From Flavobacteriales bacterium (GTDB lineage: Bacteria; Bacteroidota; Bacteroidia; Flavobacteriales_D; CAJJDF01), in assembly GCA_965655625.1 (NCBI GenBank), contig CBFHHA010000007.1, forward strand, positions 11,844-75,843: 64,000 nt of DNA, written 5' to 3'. The notes beneath the pieces were generated by a model. It was not told where the DNA came from, did not search any database, and saw only the letters and a list, made by a program, of their open reading frames with translations. How positions within the stretch are numbered: position 1 is the first letter of the stretch; each line of letters begins with the position of its first letter. Both the position numbers and the translations under genes were made by a program. Positions 16,854-26,185 of this stretch are shown here, piece after piece.

Positions 16854-18428
16854 ATGGCATTAAAGAAATATGTAAACCTGTTTGATTTCTCTCAAAAAGT
16901 GAACTACCGCACCGAAATTTTGGCAGGCTTCACAGTTGCTATGACAATGATTCCAGAATCCTTGATGTTCGCAATCTTGGCAGGATTCCCCCCTTTAGTA
17001 GGGCTTTACGGGGCTTTTATTATGGGGTTGGTTACCGCAATTTTTGGTGGAAGACCCGGCCTTATTTCGGGTGGCGCTGGTGCTACAGTGGTGGTTGTTA
17101 TGGCCCTGATGATAAGACTTAATGGATTGGAGTATGTTTTTGCTGCAGTAGTTTTAGCTGGTGTAATTCAGTTGGTGGTTGGTTTGCTGAAGCTTGGAAA
17201 GTTCATTCGACTTGTTCCTCAGCCAGTTATGTTTGGTTTTGTCAATGGATTAGCAATAATAATATTTATGGCTCAGCTGGATCAATTCAAAGTTGGAGTA
17301 GGTGAGACAGTAGAATGGATGTCAGGAACTCCCATGTACACAATGCTCGGTTTGGTTATTTTTACTATTGCTGTGATTATGATAGTACCAAAAATTACCA
17401 AAGCAGTACCAGCATCTTTGATTGCTATTATTGTGGTTTTTGCCGTTGTTTACTTTTTGGGTATCGATACCAAGCAAGTTGTAGATATTATTAATAAAGA
17501 CACTTTGCCTGATGAACCAATAAAATCACTGAGTGGTTCTTTGCCTGAATTCAGAATCCCGAATGTTCCCATGTCATGGGAAACTTTAAAAGTTATATTT
17601 CCTTTTGGACTAACGATGGCAGCTGTAGGGCTTACCGAAGGTTTGCTAACATTGAACTTGGTAGATGAAATTACCGACACTAAAGGAAACAGCAACCGAG
17701 AATGCCTGGCTCAGGGAAGTGCAAATATTCTTAATGGTTTTTTTGGAGGAATGGGAGGTTGTCCGATGATTGCTCAAACTTTGGTAAATTTGTCGGCAGG
17801 ATCAAGAGCCAGACTCTCAGGAATAATAGCGGCACTTACTATCTTAGTCATTATTTTGGTAGGAGCTCCAGTAATTGAATTACTGCCTATTGCAGCCCTC
17901 GTTGGGGTAATGGTGATGGTCTCAATTGGTACGTTCGAGTGGGCAAGTTTCAAAGCATTTAGAAGAATGCCCAAATCAGATATTTTTGTCATGGTTTTGG
18001 TTACGCTCATCACCGTATTTCTCCACAATTTAGCCTTGGCAGTTTTGATAGGTGTTATTATTTCGGCTCTTGTTTTTGCTTGGGAAAGTGCCAAACGAAT
18101 TAGAGCAAGGAAACATGTGGATGAAAATGGTGTAAAGCACTACGAAATATACGGACCACTTTTCTTTGGTTCGGTTACCACCTTTAACGAAAAATTTGAT
18201 GTCGAAAACGACCCTGAAGAAGTAGTTATTGATTTTGCAGAAAGTAAAGTTTCGGATATGTCGGCTATTGAGGCATTGAACAGACTCACAGAAAGGTATT
18301 TGAAAGCTGGTAAGAAACTGCATCTAAAGCATCTGTCTGGCGATTGCAAAAGATTGCTCAGCAATGCCGAAAAGGTAATTGACGTAAACGTATTGGAAGA
18401 TCCTACTTACAAAGTAATGTCGAATTAA
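16854..18428 (+). CDS. SulP-family anion (sulfate) permease with a C-terminal STAS domain
   Basis: Multi-TM SulP core (FGGRPGLISGGAGATVVV) and a C-terminal STAS-like region (YEIYGPLFFGSV...). Confidence 0.85.
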   Translation: MALKKYVNLFDFSQKVNYRTEILAGFTVAMTMIPESLMFAILAGFPPLVGLYGAFIMGLVTAIFGGRPGLISGGAGATVVVVMALMIRLNGLEYVFAAVVLAGVIQLVVGLLKLGKFIRLVPQPVMFGFVNGLAIIIFMAQLDQFKVGVGETVEWMSGTPMYTMLGLVIFTIAVIMIVPKITKAVPASLIAIIVVFAVVYFLGIDTKQVVDIINKDTLPDEPIKSLSGSLPEFRIPNVPMSWETLKVIFPFGLTMAAVGLTEGLLTLNLVDEITDTKGNSNRECLAQGSANILNGFFGGMGGCPMIAQTLVNLSAGSRARLSGIIAALTILVIILVGAPVIELLPIAALVGVMVMVSIGTFEWASFKAFRRMPKSDIFVMVLVTLITVFLHNLALAVLIGVIISALVFAWESAKRIRARKHVDENGVKHYEIYGPLFFGSVTTFNEKFDVENDPEEVVIDFAESKVSDMSAIEALNRLTERYLKAGKKLHLKHLSGDCKRLLSNAEKVIDVNVLEDPTYKVMSN

Positions 18429-18495
18429 AGTTTTTCATTTCAGTGTAGCATCGCAATCTATTATTTACTAATATTGGGTAAACAAATTTGAGGTC

Positions 18496-18981
18496 ATGAT
18501 AAAAAAAGCATACATAGCTGGAGGATGTTTTTGGGGAATGGAAGAATTATTTCGAGTTCGTCCAGGAATTGTTGATACGGAAGTTGGTTATATTGGTGGA
18601 GAAAATGAAAAGCCTTCGTACAAATACCATCCCGGTCATGCCGAAGGAATTGAGCTTGCCTACGATTCTGAAATTACTTCATTCCGCGAAATTCTCGATT
18701 ACTTCTTTAGAATTCATAATCCTACCACACCGGATAGACAAGGTAATGACATTGGAGCAAGTTATAGATCAGCTATTTTTTTTCAAGATGAGGAGGAGGA
18801 GCTGGAAGCCAAAAAAATGATTGAGCTGGTTGAAGAAACTGGAAAATGGGAAGGAAAGGTTGTGACTACATTAGAGCCAAAATCTACTTTTTGGCCGGCA
18901 GAACCTGAACATCAAGACTACCTGCTAAGAAACCCAAATGGATACACATGCCATTTCGAAAGGTTTGGAACTTTTTTGTAA
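18496..18981 (+). CDS. msrA: Peptide-methionine (S)-S-oxide reductase
   Basis: GGCFWG catalytic motif at the N-terminus, plus GHAEGIELAYD. Confidence 0.9.
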   Translation: MIKKAYIAGGCFWGMEELFRVRPGIVDTEVGYIGGENEKPSYKYHPGHAEGIELAYDSEITSFREILDYFFRIHNPTTPDRQGNDIGASYRSAIFFQDEEEELEAKKMIELVEETGKWEGKVVTTLEPKSTFWPAEPEHQDYLLRNPNGYTCHFERFGTFL

Positions 18982-19150
18982 AATTCTCTCAATTACTCAG
19001 AGCCACTTTTAAAAGATTCTCACTCAAATAGAATAGGGTATTTCAGCCATAAAATATTATTGTAAAAGCCCAGTTACATGTAACAAAACTCTCCTCCGCC
19101 ATACCTCAAAGAGTTATGACAGAGGAGAGAATTCATAAAAATTTAAGGGA

Positions 19151-20152
19151 CTATTGCAATTCAAGAATTGCCCTTTCTAGAATTTCGTCTTTTGTAAGAT
19201 TAGACCAATCAAAAAGAACTGAAATATCTGGTGGGACACCTTTCTCATATTCTGGATTTTTATCCAACGATAATGCTTGAGTGATGGAAAACCTATAAGT
19301 CCAACCGTTTGGTAATTGTCCTCCATTCGGGAGTCCTAAGCCCCCTCCTGTTGTATCACCTATTAAGACCATTTTTGGAAGAGCTTTGGTGGCAAGAGAG
19401 GTAAAGGAACCTGCACTATAAGTTCCCCTATCAGTTAGTACAGCAACTTTTTTATTGTAACGAATTCCTTTAAAAGGTTCAACATATACAGGTTGTGGAG
19501 CAGAAAAATCATTATGCCCTTTGCCTGTTTTTATCCTGGAGTAATTCACTAATGTTTTTGTCTCTACAAATCGACTTAGTATCTGGAAAATATCTGTTAC
19601 AGCACCGCCACCATTTTCTCTGAGGTCTAAGACCAATCCTTTTGTATTTCTATATCGTTGAAGAATAAAGTTTAAATTAACAGAATCCACAGTACCAGTA
19701 AATTCGTTAAATCTTATATACCCAATTTGTCCATTATCGATGAAGTCAGGGAGAAAAGGACCTGTTCGGTACACATTGTCGGATAAATAGTTTTCCTTAA
19801 GAACTCTACCGTCATAATTATCCTTTCCTAAATACCTTACCCCAAAAACTGACACATTAAAATTTGAAAAGAGATTGGTATGATCATCTTTTAATTCTAT
19901 GAGCATGCCACCTAAAACACTGAATAGTGAGTCATCGCTCATTCCTTCATATATTTTGGAGGAATATTGCGATTTAATAGCTTGCCAATTAATTCCTTTC
20001 AACTCAAAATAAGAGTATTTTTCATTGCATTCATTCCAAAGGTATTCAAAGTTTTCTCTTGCATTGGTGGAGGATAAATCTTTCTCGAAAAATACTTTTT
20101 CGCAAGAGGTTAATAAAAATCCAAGTAGGAGTATTCGATATATATTATTCAT
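19151..20152 (-). CDS. S41-family peptidase, predicted lipoprotein
   Basis: Lipobox LLTSC. S41 motifs LDLRENGGG and TYSAGSFT. Confidence 0.65.
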   Translation of the reverse strand: MNNIYRILLLGFLLTSCEKVFFEKDLSSTNARENFEYLWNECNEKYSYFELKGINWQAIKSQYSSKIYEGMSDDSLFSVLGGMLIELKDDHTNLFSNFNVSVFGVRYLGKDNYDGRVLKENYLSDNVYRTGPFLPDFIDNGQIGYIRFNEFTGTVDSVNLNFILQRYRNTKGLVLDLRENGGGAVTDIFQILSRFVETKTLVNYSRIKTGKGHNDFSAPQPVYVEPFKGIRYNKKVAVLTDRGTYSAGSFTSLATKALPKMVLIGDTTGGGLGLPNGGQLPNGWTYRFSITQALSLDKNPEYEKGVPPDISVLFDWSNLTKDEILERAILELQ

Positions 20153-20161
20153 ATTATGTGA

Positions 20162-21031
20162 CTATTTGTAATTAAACATTAAAGTTGCTTTTATTGTGTG
20201 TGATGCCATTTCAAGTTGATCAAACTTACCACCAGTTTTATAGGCCTCCCATAGATAAGATAGTTGGAGAGAGTTGTTGTTTTTCAATAGGACGGTATAG
20301 TCCACAGCACTACTCAGCCTAAAGCCTGAAAATAAGTTGTACTTATATCCTTCAAATACTTTGGGATCATTCAAAACACTGGATTGTCCGATATAGGCAT
20401 AACCATTTCTTAATGCACTATTTATTAATCCAATATTGAGTCGGTAATCCAAATGTCTCGTTTTTGGTTTTAGGTGGTAGTTAAAAAATAATATTTTTTT
20501 TGATTTTGCTTGATTTCTACTAATGTCCCAACTAACTTTTGCTGATCCAAAGAGCGTGGCAATGATTTCTCTTCCCAAAGCATTATTTTGCAACGAGGCA
20601 TTATTTCTTAAATTCCCAGTGGTATTAAATAATCCTCCTACTTTCGTAGTTAATTTTTCAGTTGACAATTTTTTTACTCGATACAGTTGTGAGTAGTAAA
20701 TTGACAAGCTTTGTAATTTGCTAGTAGATTTGTGTTCGTTATAATCAACTTTAAAATCACCAAAAGAATAAAAAGATCCAATTTCAAATTCTTTCTGTTC
20801 GTTTTGTCTTGATCTAGAAATTGCAATAAAGTTTGGTGTTCCTTTATATGTAAGTGGAGATGTTCCAAAATCTCTAAAAGATGATCTACTTTTACCTGCA
20901 CTTATATTAATATAGGAAGGCATATTTTTTCGAAGATTTTTCCTCGAAGTATTCACTAAAGTATCTTTTTGTCCTATACTAATTATTGGTAATGTAAAGA
21001 ACAGAAGAAGTATATATTTCATATTTATCAT
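20162..21031 (-). CDS. Hypothetical outer-membrane protein (beta-barrel-like), probably co-transcribed with the S41 peptidase gene
   Basis: Signal peptide and a strand-like alternating pattern. It ends 9 nt from the downstream peptidase gene. ATG 21022 is an alternative start. Confidence 0.35.
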   Translation of the reverse strand: MINMKYILLLFFTLPIISIGQKDTLVNTSRKNLRKNMPSYINISAGKSRSSFRDFGTSPLTYKGTPNFIAISRSRQNEQKEFEIGSFYSFGDFKVDYNEHKSTSKLQSLSIYYSQLYRVKKLSTEKLTTKVGGLFNTTGNLRNNASLQNNALGREIIATLFGSAKVSWDISRNQAKSKKILFFNYHLKPKTRHLDYRLNIGLINSALRNGYAYIGQSSVLNDPKVFEGYKYNLFSGFRLSSAVDYTVLLKNNNSLQLSYLWEAYKTGGKFDQLEMASHTIKATLMFNYK

Positions 21032-21369
21032 TTCGTTGGTTTTAATAATATTATTAATTTTTGAGGTGAATAAAAATTTATTTGGAACTACGTTATCCTA
21101 AAAAAATAAATAGCCAAACTGCCTAGAACAATTACTGTGACTAAAAGAATATTCCGTTTGCAGATTTTTAAAAGTCTTAGGATGAATTTTCATGTTTTAT
21201 AAACTTGTTCTCGAATTTGTTTTATTAGTAATTAATGTTTGAACTCTAGTGTATTAGATGTGTGACATTTCAAAATTAGTTTTATTGTTTTTTTACCCAA
21301 GAAAGAATTTGGTTTAACTTTTAAAAGGTCGGTTTGCTTCTTTTAAATGCTTTTTAGTCTGTTTTTTAT

Positions 21370-21403
21370 AAAAAAAAAGGGAAAGAACTTGAGTTCTTTC
21401 CCT
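21370..21403 (-). terminator. Rho-independent terminator of carB
   Basis: 10-bp stem gggaaagaac/gttctttccc. On the minus strand it is followed by a U-run (the A9 run at 21370-21378 on the plus strand). Confidence 0.75.
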
Positions 21404-21435
21404 TTCAATTTTGATTTGGCTTTGGCTTGGTTCAG

Positions 21436-24249
21436 TTATTTACTCAACAACATATTTCTTTCCGAATATATTTTTCTAAAGAATTTATCTTTCAAATCAT
21501 CTATAAAGTAAATGGCTTCACCTGTCGATTTCATTTCTGGGCCGAGTTCTTTCGCTACCTCAGGGAATTTTTCGTAAGAAAATACAGGGATTTTAATCGC
21601 GTATCCTTCTTTTTTAGGAGTGAAATTAAAATCTGTTAATTTAGCTCCCAACATTACTTTGGTTGCATAATTTACATACGGTTCGTCATACGCTTTTGCA
21701 ATAAAAGGAACCGTTCTTGAAGCTCTTGGATTGGCTTCAATGATATATACTTCATCATCTTTTATTGCAAACTGGATATTGATTAATCCAACTGTATCCA
21801 AGGCTAATGCAATTTTCTTGGTATACTCTTCCATTTTTGTTAAGATTAAATCTCCTAAATTGTAGGGAGGAAGTAAAGCATACGAATCGCCAGAATGAAT
21901 TCCTGCAGGTTCAATATGTTGCATCATTCCAATGATATAAACATTTTCTCCATCACAAATGGCATCGGCTTCGGCTTCAATTGCACCTCCCAAAAAGTGA
22001 TCCACTAGTATTTGGTTGTCTGGCATGTCTCGCAAGATATCCACTACGTGAGTTTCTAATTCTTGCTCGTTGATTACAATTTTCATTTTTTGTCCACCCA
22101 AAACGTACGAAGGTCTTACAAGAAGTGGAAATCCAAGTTCTTTCGATTTTTCTAGTGCCTGTTCAGCGCTTTCTACTACTCCAAATTTTGGGTAAGGAAT
22201 ATTCAATTCTTCTAATTTATTCGAGAATCTTCCTCTGTCTTCTGCTAAGTCTAATGAATCAAATCCAGAACCAATTATTTTAATTCCGTACTTCTCTAGT
22301 TTTTCAGCTAGTTTCAATGCTGTTTGTCCTCCAAGTTGTACAATTACACCTTCTGGTTTTTCATGAAGTATAATGTCGTAAATGTGTTCCCAAAATACTG
22401 GTTCGAAGTAAAGTTTATCGGCCGTATCAAAATCAGTAGAAACCGTTTCTGGGTTACAGTTGATCATAATGGTTTCGTAGCCCATTTCTTTGGCTGCATA
22501 AATTCCATGCACGCAACAATAATCGAATTCAATACCTTGACCTATTCGGTTGGGTCCCGAACCAAGCACAATAATTTTCTTTTTGTCAGTTACTACAGAT
22601 TCATTTTCCATTTCAAAGGTAGAGTAGTAATAAGGAGTTTTTGCGTCAAATTCAGCCGCACAAGTGTCTACCAATTTATAGACCCTATTTATTCCCAATT
22701 CTTGCCTTTTGGCAAAAACTTGACTTTCCAAAGTTCTTAGTAAATGTGCAACTTGTCTGTCGCAATATCCTTTCTGCTTTGCTTCGAAGAGCAATTCACG
22801 TGGAATAGAATCCAAAGTGAACTTTTCAATTTTTTTCTCGGTATGAATTAAGTCTTCAATTTGCCTTAAGAACCAATCATCAATTTTTGTAATGTCTTTG
22901 ATTGTTTTAAATGGAATTCCCAACTTAATTGAGTCATACACGTGGAATAATCTGTCCCAGCTTGCATGCTTTAAGCTATGAAGGAGTTTGTCTTGGTTTC
23001 TTTCCTCTTTGCCATCTGCTCCCAATCCATTCCTACCAATTTCTAAAGATTGACAAGCTTTTTGAATTGCCTCTTGGAAGGATCTTCCAATTCCCATAAC
23101 TTCTCCCACCGATTTCATTTGTAATCCTAGTTCGGTATTGGCCCCTTTAAATTTGTTAAAATTCCATCTAGGTATTTTTACAATCACATAATCCAAGGTG
23201 GGCTCAAATAGGGCAGAGGTTGTTTTTGTAATTTGATTGTCGAGTTCATCAAGTGTGTAACCAATAGCCAATTTCGATGCAATTTTTGCAATTGGGTACC
23301 CGGTCGCTTTTGAGGCTAACGCAGAAGAGCGAGAAACCCTTGGGTTAATTTCAATCGCAATAATTTCCTCTTTTTCATCAGGCGAAACAGAGAATTGCAC
23401 ATTACATCCTCCTGCAAAATTCCCGATGCTTCTCATCATTTTGATGGCCATGTCTCTCATTTTCTGATAGGTGGTATCAGATAATGTCATCGCTGGGGCA
23501 ACCGTAATGGAATCTCCAGTATGAATTCCCATAGGATCAAAATTTTCGATCGAACAAATGATAATTACATTGTCATTTTTGTCTCTCAACAACTCCAATT
23601 CGTATTCTTTCCATCCAATTACAGCTTTATCAATCATCACTTCGTGTATGGGCGAAGCATGTAATCCTCGGTTTAGTAATTCATCAAACTCATCAGCAGT
23701 GTGAACGAAACTAGCTCCGCTACCACCCAATGTGTACGAAGGACGAATTACTAAAGGGAAACCTATTTCCTGAGCAATTTCTTTTCCTTTTAGGAAAGAA
23801 CGAGCCGTGTCTGAAGGAGCTGAACCAACTCCAATTTCATCCATCAATGCTCTAAATTTCTCTCTGTTTTCTGTGATTTCAATCGCATCAATATCCACTC
23901 CAATAATCTCAACACCGTGGTCTTCCCAAATTCCCAATTCTTTACATTTGATACACAAGTTGAGAGCTGTTTGCCCTCCCATGGTGGGCAAAACGGCATC
24001 AATATTGTGCTTTTTTAGAATCTCCTCAACGTATTCAGGTTCGAGTGGTTTCAGATAAACATTATCCGCAACCATCTTATCTGTCATGATTGTTGCCGGG
24101 TTAGAATTAATTAAAGTAACTTCTATTCCTTCTTCTCTCAATGAACGAGATGCTTGGGATCCGGCATAATCAAATTCACAGGCTTGACCAATAACAATCG
24201 GTCCACTACCAATGATAAGAATTGATTTTATTTGTTGATTCTTTGGCAT
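21436..24249 (-). CDS. carB: Carbamoyl-phosphate synthase large subunit
   Basis: 937 aa with duplicated ATP-grasp halves (IIGSGPIVIGQACEFDYAGSQA and VLGSGPNRIGQGIEFDYCCVH). Confidence 0.97.
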   Translation of the reverse strand: MPKNQQIKSILIIGSGPIVIGQACEFDYAGSQASRSLREEGIEVTLINSNPATIMTDKMVADNVYLKPLEPEYVEEILKKHNIDAVLPTMGGQTALNLCIKCKELGIWEDHGVEIIGVDIDAIEITENREKFRALMDEIGVGSAPSDTARSFLKGKEIAQEIGFPLVIRPSYTLGGSGASFVHTADEFDELLNRGLHASPIHEVMIDKAVIGWKEYELELLRDKNDNVIIICSIENFDPMGIHTGDSITVAPAMTLSDTTYQKMRDMAIKMMRSIGNFAGGCNVQFSVSPDEKEEIIAIEINPRVSRSSALASKATGYPIAKIASKLAIGYTLDELDNQITKTTSALFEPTLDYVIVKIPRWNFNKFKGANTELGLQMKSVGEVMGIGRSFQEAIQKACQSLEIGRNGLGADGKEERNQDKLLHSLKHASWDRLFHVYDSIKLGIPFKTIKDITKIDDWFLRQIEDLIHTEKKIEKFTLDSIPRELLFEAKQKGYCDRQVAHLLRTLESQVFAKRQELGINRVYKLVDTCAAEFDAKTPYYYSTFEMENESVVTDKKKIIVLGSGPNRIGQGIEFDYCCVHGIYAAKEMGYETIMINCNPETVSTDFDTADKLYFEPVFWEHIYDIILHEKPEGVIVQLGGQTALKLAEKLEKYGIKIIGSGFDSLDLAEDRGRFSNKLEELNIPYPKFGVVESAEQALEKSKELGFPLLVRPSYVLGGQKMKIVINEQELETHVVDILRDMPDNQILVDHFLGGAIEAEADAICDGENVYIIGMMQHIEPAGIHSGDSYALLPPYNLGDLILTKMEEYTKKIALALDTVGLINIQFAIKDDEVYIIEANPRASRTVPFIAKAYDEPYVNYATKVMLGAKLTDFNFTPKKEGYAIKIPVFSYEKFPEVAKELGPEMKSTGEAIYFIDDLKDKFFRKIYSERNMLLSK

Positions 24250-24316
24250 GGGTGCTAGTTTTCTAAGGTTTTGTGTAGTGTGTAACTAAATTTGGTAAAA
24301 ATACAGATTATAGGGC

Positions 24317-24345
24317 AAAAAAAAAGGACAACGATTGTTGTCCTT
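24317..24345 (-). terminator. Rho-independent terminator of rpmH
   Basis: 9-bp stem aaggacaac/gttgtcctt with a minus-strand U-run (plus-strand A-run 24317-23). Confidence 0.7.
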
Positions 24346-24362
24346 ATTAAAATTTATTAACA

Positions 24363-24521
24363 TTATCTCTTTGGTCTTGCCTCACAAGAAACCGATAACT
24401 TCTTTCTTCCTTTCTTTCTTCTACGAGCAAGAACTCTACGTCCATTTGCTGACGACATTCTTTCTCTGAAACCGTGCTTGTTTCTTCTCTTTCTTCTTGA
24501 TGGTTGGTATGTTCTTTTCAT
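24363..24521 (-). CDS. rpmH: 50S ribosomal protein L34 (absent from the ORF track because it is <60 aa)
   Basis: Manual translation gives [52 protein letters not shown]. The first part is the canonical L34 sequence. Confidence 0.93.
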   Translation of the reverse strand: MKRTYQPSRRKRRNKHGFRERMSSANGRRVLARRRKKGRKKLSVSCEARPKR

Positions 24522-24543
24522 ATCTTGTTGTTATTACGGTTTG

Positions 24544-24573
24544 CAAAAATACATAATTTATTATTTAAACAAA
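24544..24573 (-). promoter_or_regulatory. Putative promoter of rpmH (-33 TTTG, -7 TATTTTTG on the minus strand)
   Basis: Minus-strand TATTTTTG corresponds to plus 24544-24551 and TTTG to plus 24570-24573. The spacer is 18 nt. Confidence 0.4.
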
Positions 24574-24616
24574 GAAATTTGACTAAATTATTTTAAATTT
24601 GAGAAAACTAGATTTT

Positions 24617-26185
24617 ATGACCTGGAATACCAACAAACGCATTCTCATTTCGGGGATCGCAGTACTTACTTTACTTTTTATCTCTAATTACAATTCTATT
24701 TTTGATTCGAAGTTAGACGCTAATGGTGATAATTATCATTATTACATTTTGGGAAAATCTTTGAACGAAGGTAACGGATATCGTTCAAGCTATACTCCAA
24801 CGAATCAGCTGCACAATCATTATCCTCCAGGCTATCCTTTTTTAATATCTGTTATGATGGTTTTTTCGGATTCATTTGATTTTATAAAAACCATGAACGG
24901 TGTTTTTCTTCTAGGTTCTATCCTTCTTTTATGTTTGATATACTATAATTTCACCAAAATCAAACGACCTTTTGTGTATGTTTTCATTGGTATATTTTGT
25001 CTATTGAATTATAATTTATTAAAATATTCGACTATTATGATGAGTGAAATATCTTTCACTTTTTTCTCTATTGCCTCCTTGTTTTTATTTTTTTTAATGG
25101 AGAAAGAGGAGAAGATAAGGCGTAAATATTTGTATTTGTTTCTATTGATAACAACTGTTTCTCTCACATTCTATATCCGAACTACAGGAGTTATAATGTT
25201 TCTCACCTTTTTCTTTTATTACATTTCTCAAAAACAGTGGAAAAAGAGTTTGGTTGTAGTAGGATTAAGTATTTTAATAATTGCACCTTGGCAAATAAGG
25301 AGTAGCGTTTATGGCCTCAAAAGTTCATACCAGGGACAACTTCTTGCCAAAAATCCATACAACAGAGCTGAGGGAGCCGCGAACTTTGGCGATTTTTTAG
25401 AACGTTTTGCCACCAACGTCAATAGGTATATCTCTAAGGAAATTCCTAATGGAGTTTTTCCATTTCTTAAAGTTAATTATAATCAACCCGAAGAAAGTGA
25501 TGTGAGTCAACCAGTTGCAGGGGTTTTAACACTTATTTTTGCGTTTTTGGGATTGTTTTTTATTGAAAAAAAATTGGGCATCATTCTCTTTTTATACATT
25601 GCAGGAACCTTTACTGTTTTGCTTCTTTGGCCGGTTTCTTGGTATGGGACAAGATTCTTTTTGCCTCTTGTTCCATTATTTTTATTTCTTATTTTTGTCG
25701 GCTTTTTTGAGCTTGTTGTGTTTGCTTTGCAGAAACTAAAAATAAACAGTCAACTTATTCCTTACACAATTTTTATTTTGATTTCGCTTGTGTTTTTTAA
25801 GAATTTTTCTCCAGCCATCAATGATCTGAAAAAAGTGGCTAGCGCACCCAATCCGCCTGGACTCAATGATTTTATTAAAATCGCTGAATATGCAAAGGTT
25901 AATCTGCCATCTGATGCTGTTGTGGCTAATAGAAAGGGTCAAATTTTTTATGTTCACTCTGGTAAAAAAGCTTTGAGATATCCTGATAACCCAGTTACTG
26001 AAGAGGTGTTGGAATTTTTTGATGAAAAAAACATAACCCATGTTATCGTAGATAGGTTGGGTTACTCCTCAACAGGCAGATTTTTAGTTCCCGTGATCAA
26101 CAAACACAGAGATAGATTTACATTAATTAGAGAAGTGGGTAACCCATCGACTCTTTTGTTCAAATATAACAATGGCAAGAGCTGA
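24617..26185 (+). CDS. Polytopic membrane protein, ArnT/PMT-like (GT39/GT83-type) glycosyltransferase candidate
   Basis: About 12 hydrophobic segments and an N-terminal loop with YHYYILGKSL...GYPFL, typical of the family. ATG 24617 is preferred over the track's TTG 24599. Confidence 0.45.
   Translation: MTWNTNKRILISGIAVLTLLFISNYNSIFDSKLDANGDNYHYYILGKSLNEGNGYRSSYTPTNQLHNHYPPGYPFLISVMMVFSDSFDFIKTMNGVFLLGSILLLCLIYYNFTKIKRPFVYVFIGIFCLLNYNLLKYSTIMMSEISFTFFSIASLFLFFLMEKEEKIRRKYLYLFLLITTVSLTFYIRTTGVIMFLTFFFYYISQKQWKKSLVVVGLSILIIAPWQIRSSVYGLKSSYQGQLLAKNPYNRAEGAANFGDFLERFATNVNRYISKEIPNGVFPFLKVNYNQPEESDVSQPVAGVLTLIFAFLGLFFIEKKLGIILFLYIAGTFTVLLLWPVSWYGTRFFLPLVPLFLFLIFVGFFELVVFALQKLKINSQLIPYTIFILISLVFFKNFSPAINDLKKVASAPNPPGLNDFIKIAEYAKVNLPSDAVVANRKGQIFYVHSGKKALRYPDNPVTEEVLEFFDEKNITHVIVDRLGYSSTGRFLVPVINKHRDRFTLIREVGNPSTLLFKYNNGKS

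Noticed and set aside
21032-21435. Small ORFs or a membrane peptide in the 400-bp spacer upstream of the barrel/S41 operon. One example is the minus-strand 31-aa MKIHPKTFKNLQ... ORF, with a hydrophobic helix in an adjacent frame.
   Set aside because: The hydrophobic segment is not in frame with any start codon and the in-frame product has no features. Apart from the carB terminator, the spacer is treated as non-coding.
22324-22740. 138-aa ORF antisense to carB. Similar antisense ORFs lie within glnN (58297-58713), the DPP4-like gene (39821-40192), the SulP gene (17450-18364, several), hutU (10628-11263), alaS (8212-9545) and the ABC gene (26486-27674).
   Set aside because: All lie fully inside strongly recognisable conserved genes on the opposite strand. 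They have low-complexity or odd composition and no motifs, which is typical of shadow ORFs in AT-rich DNA.
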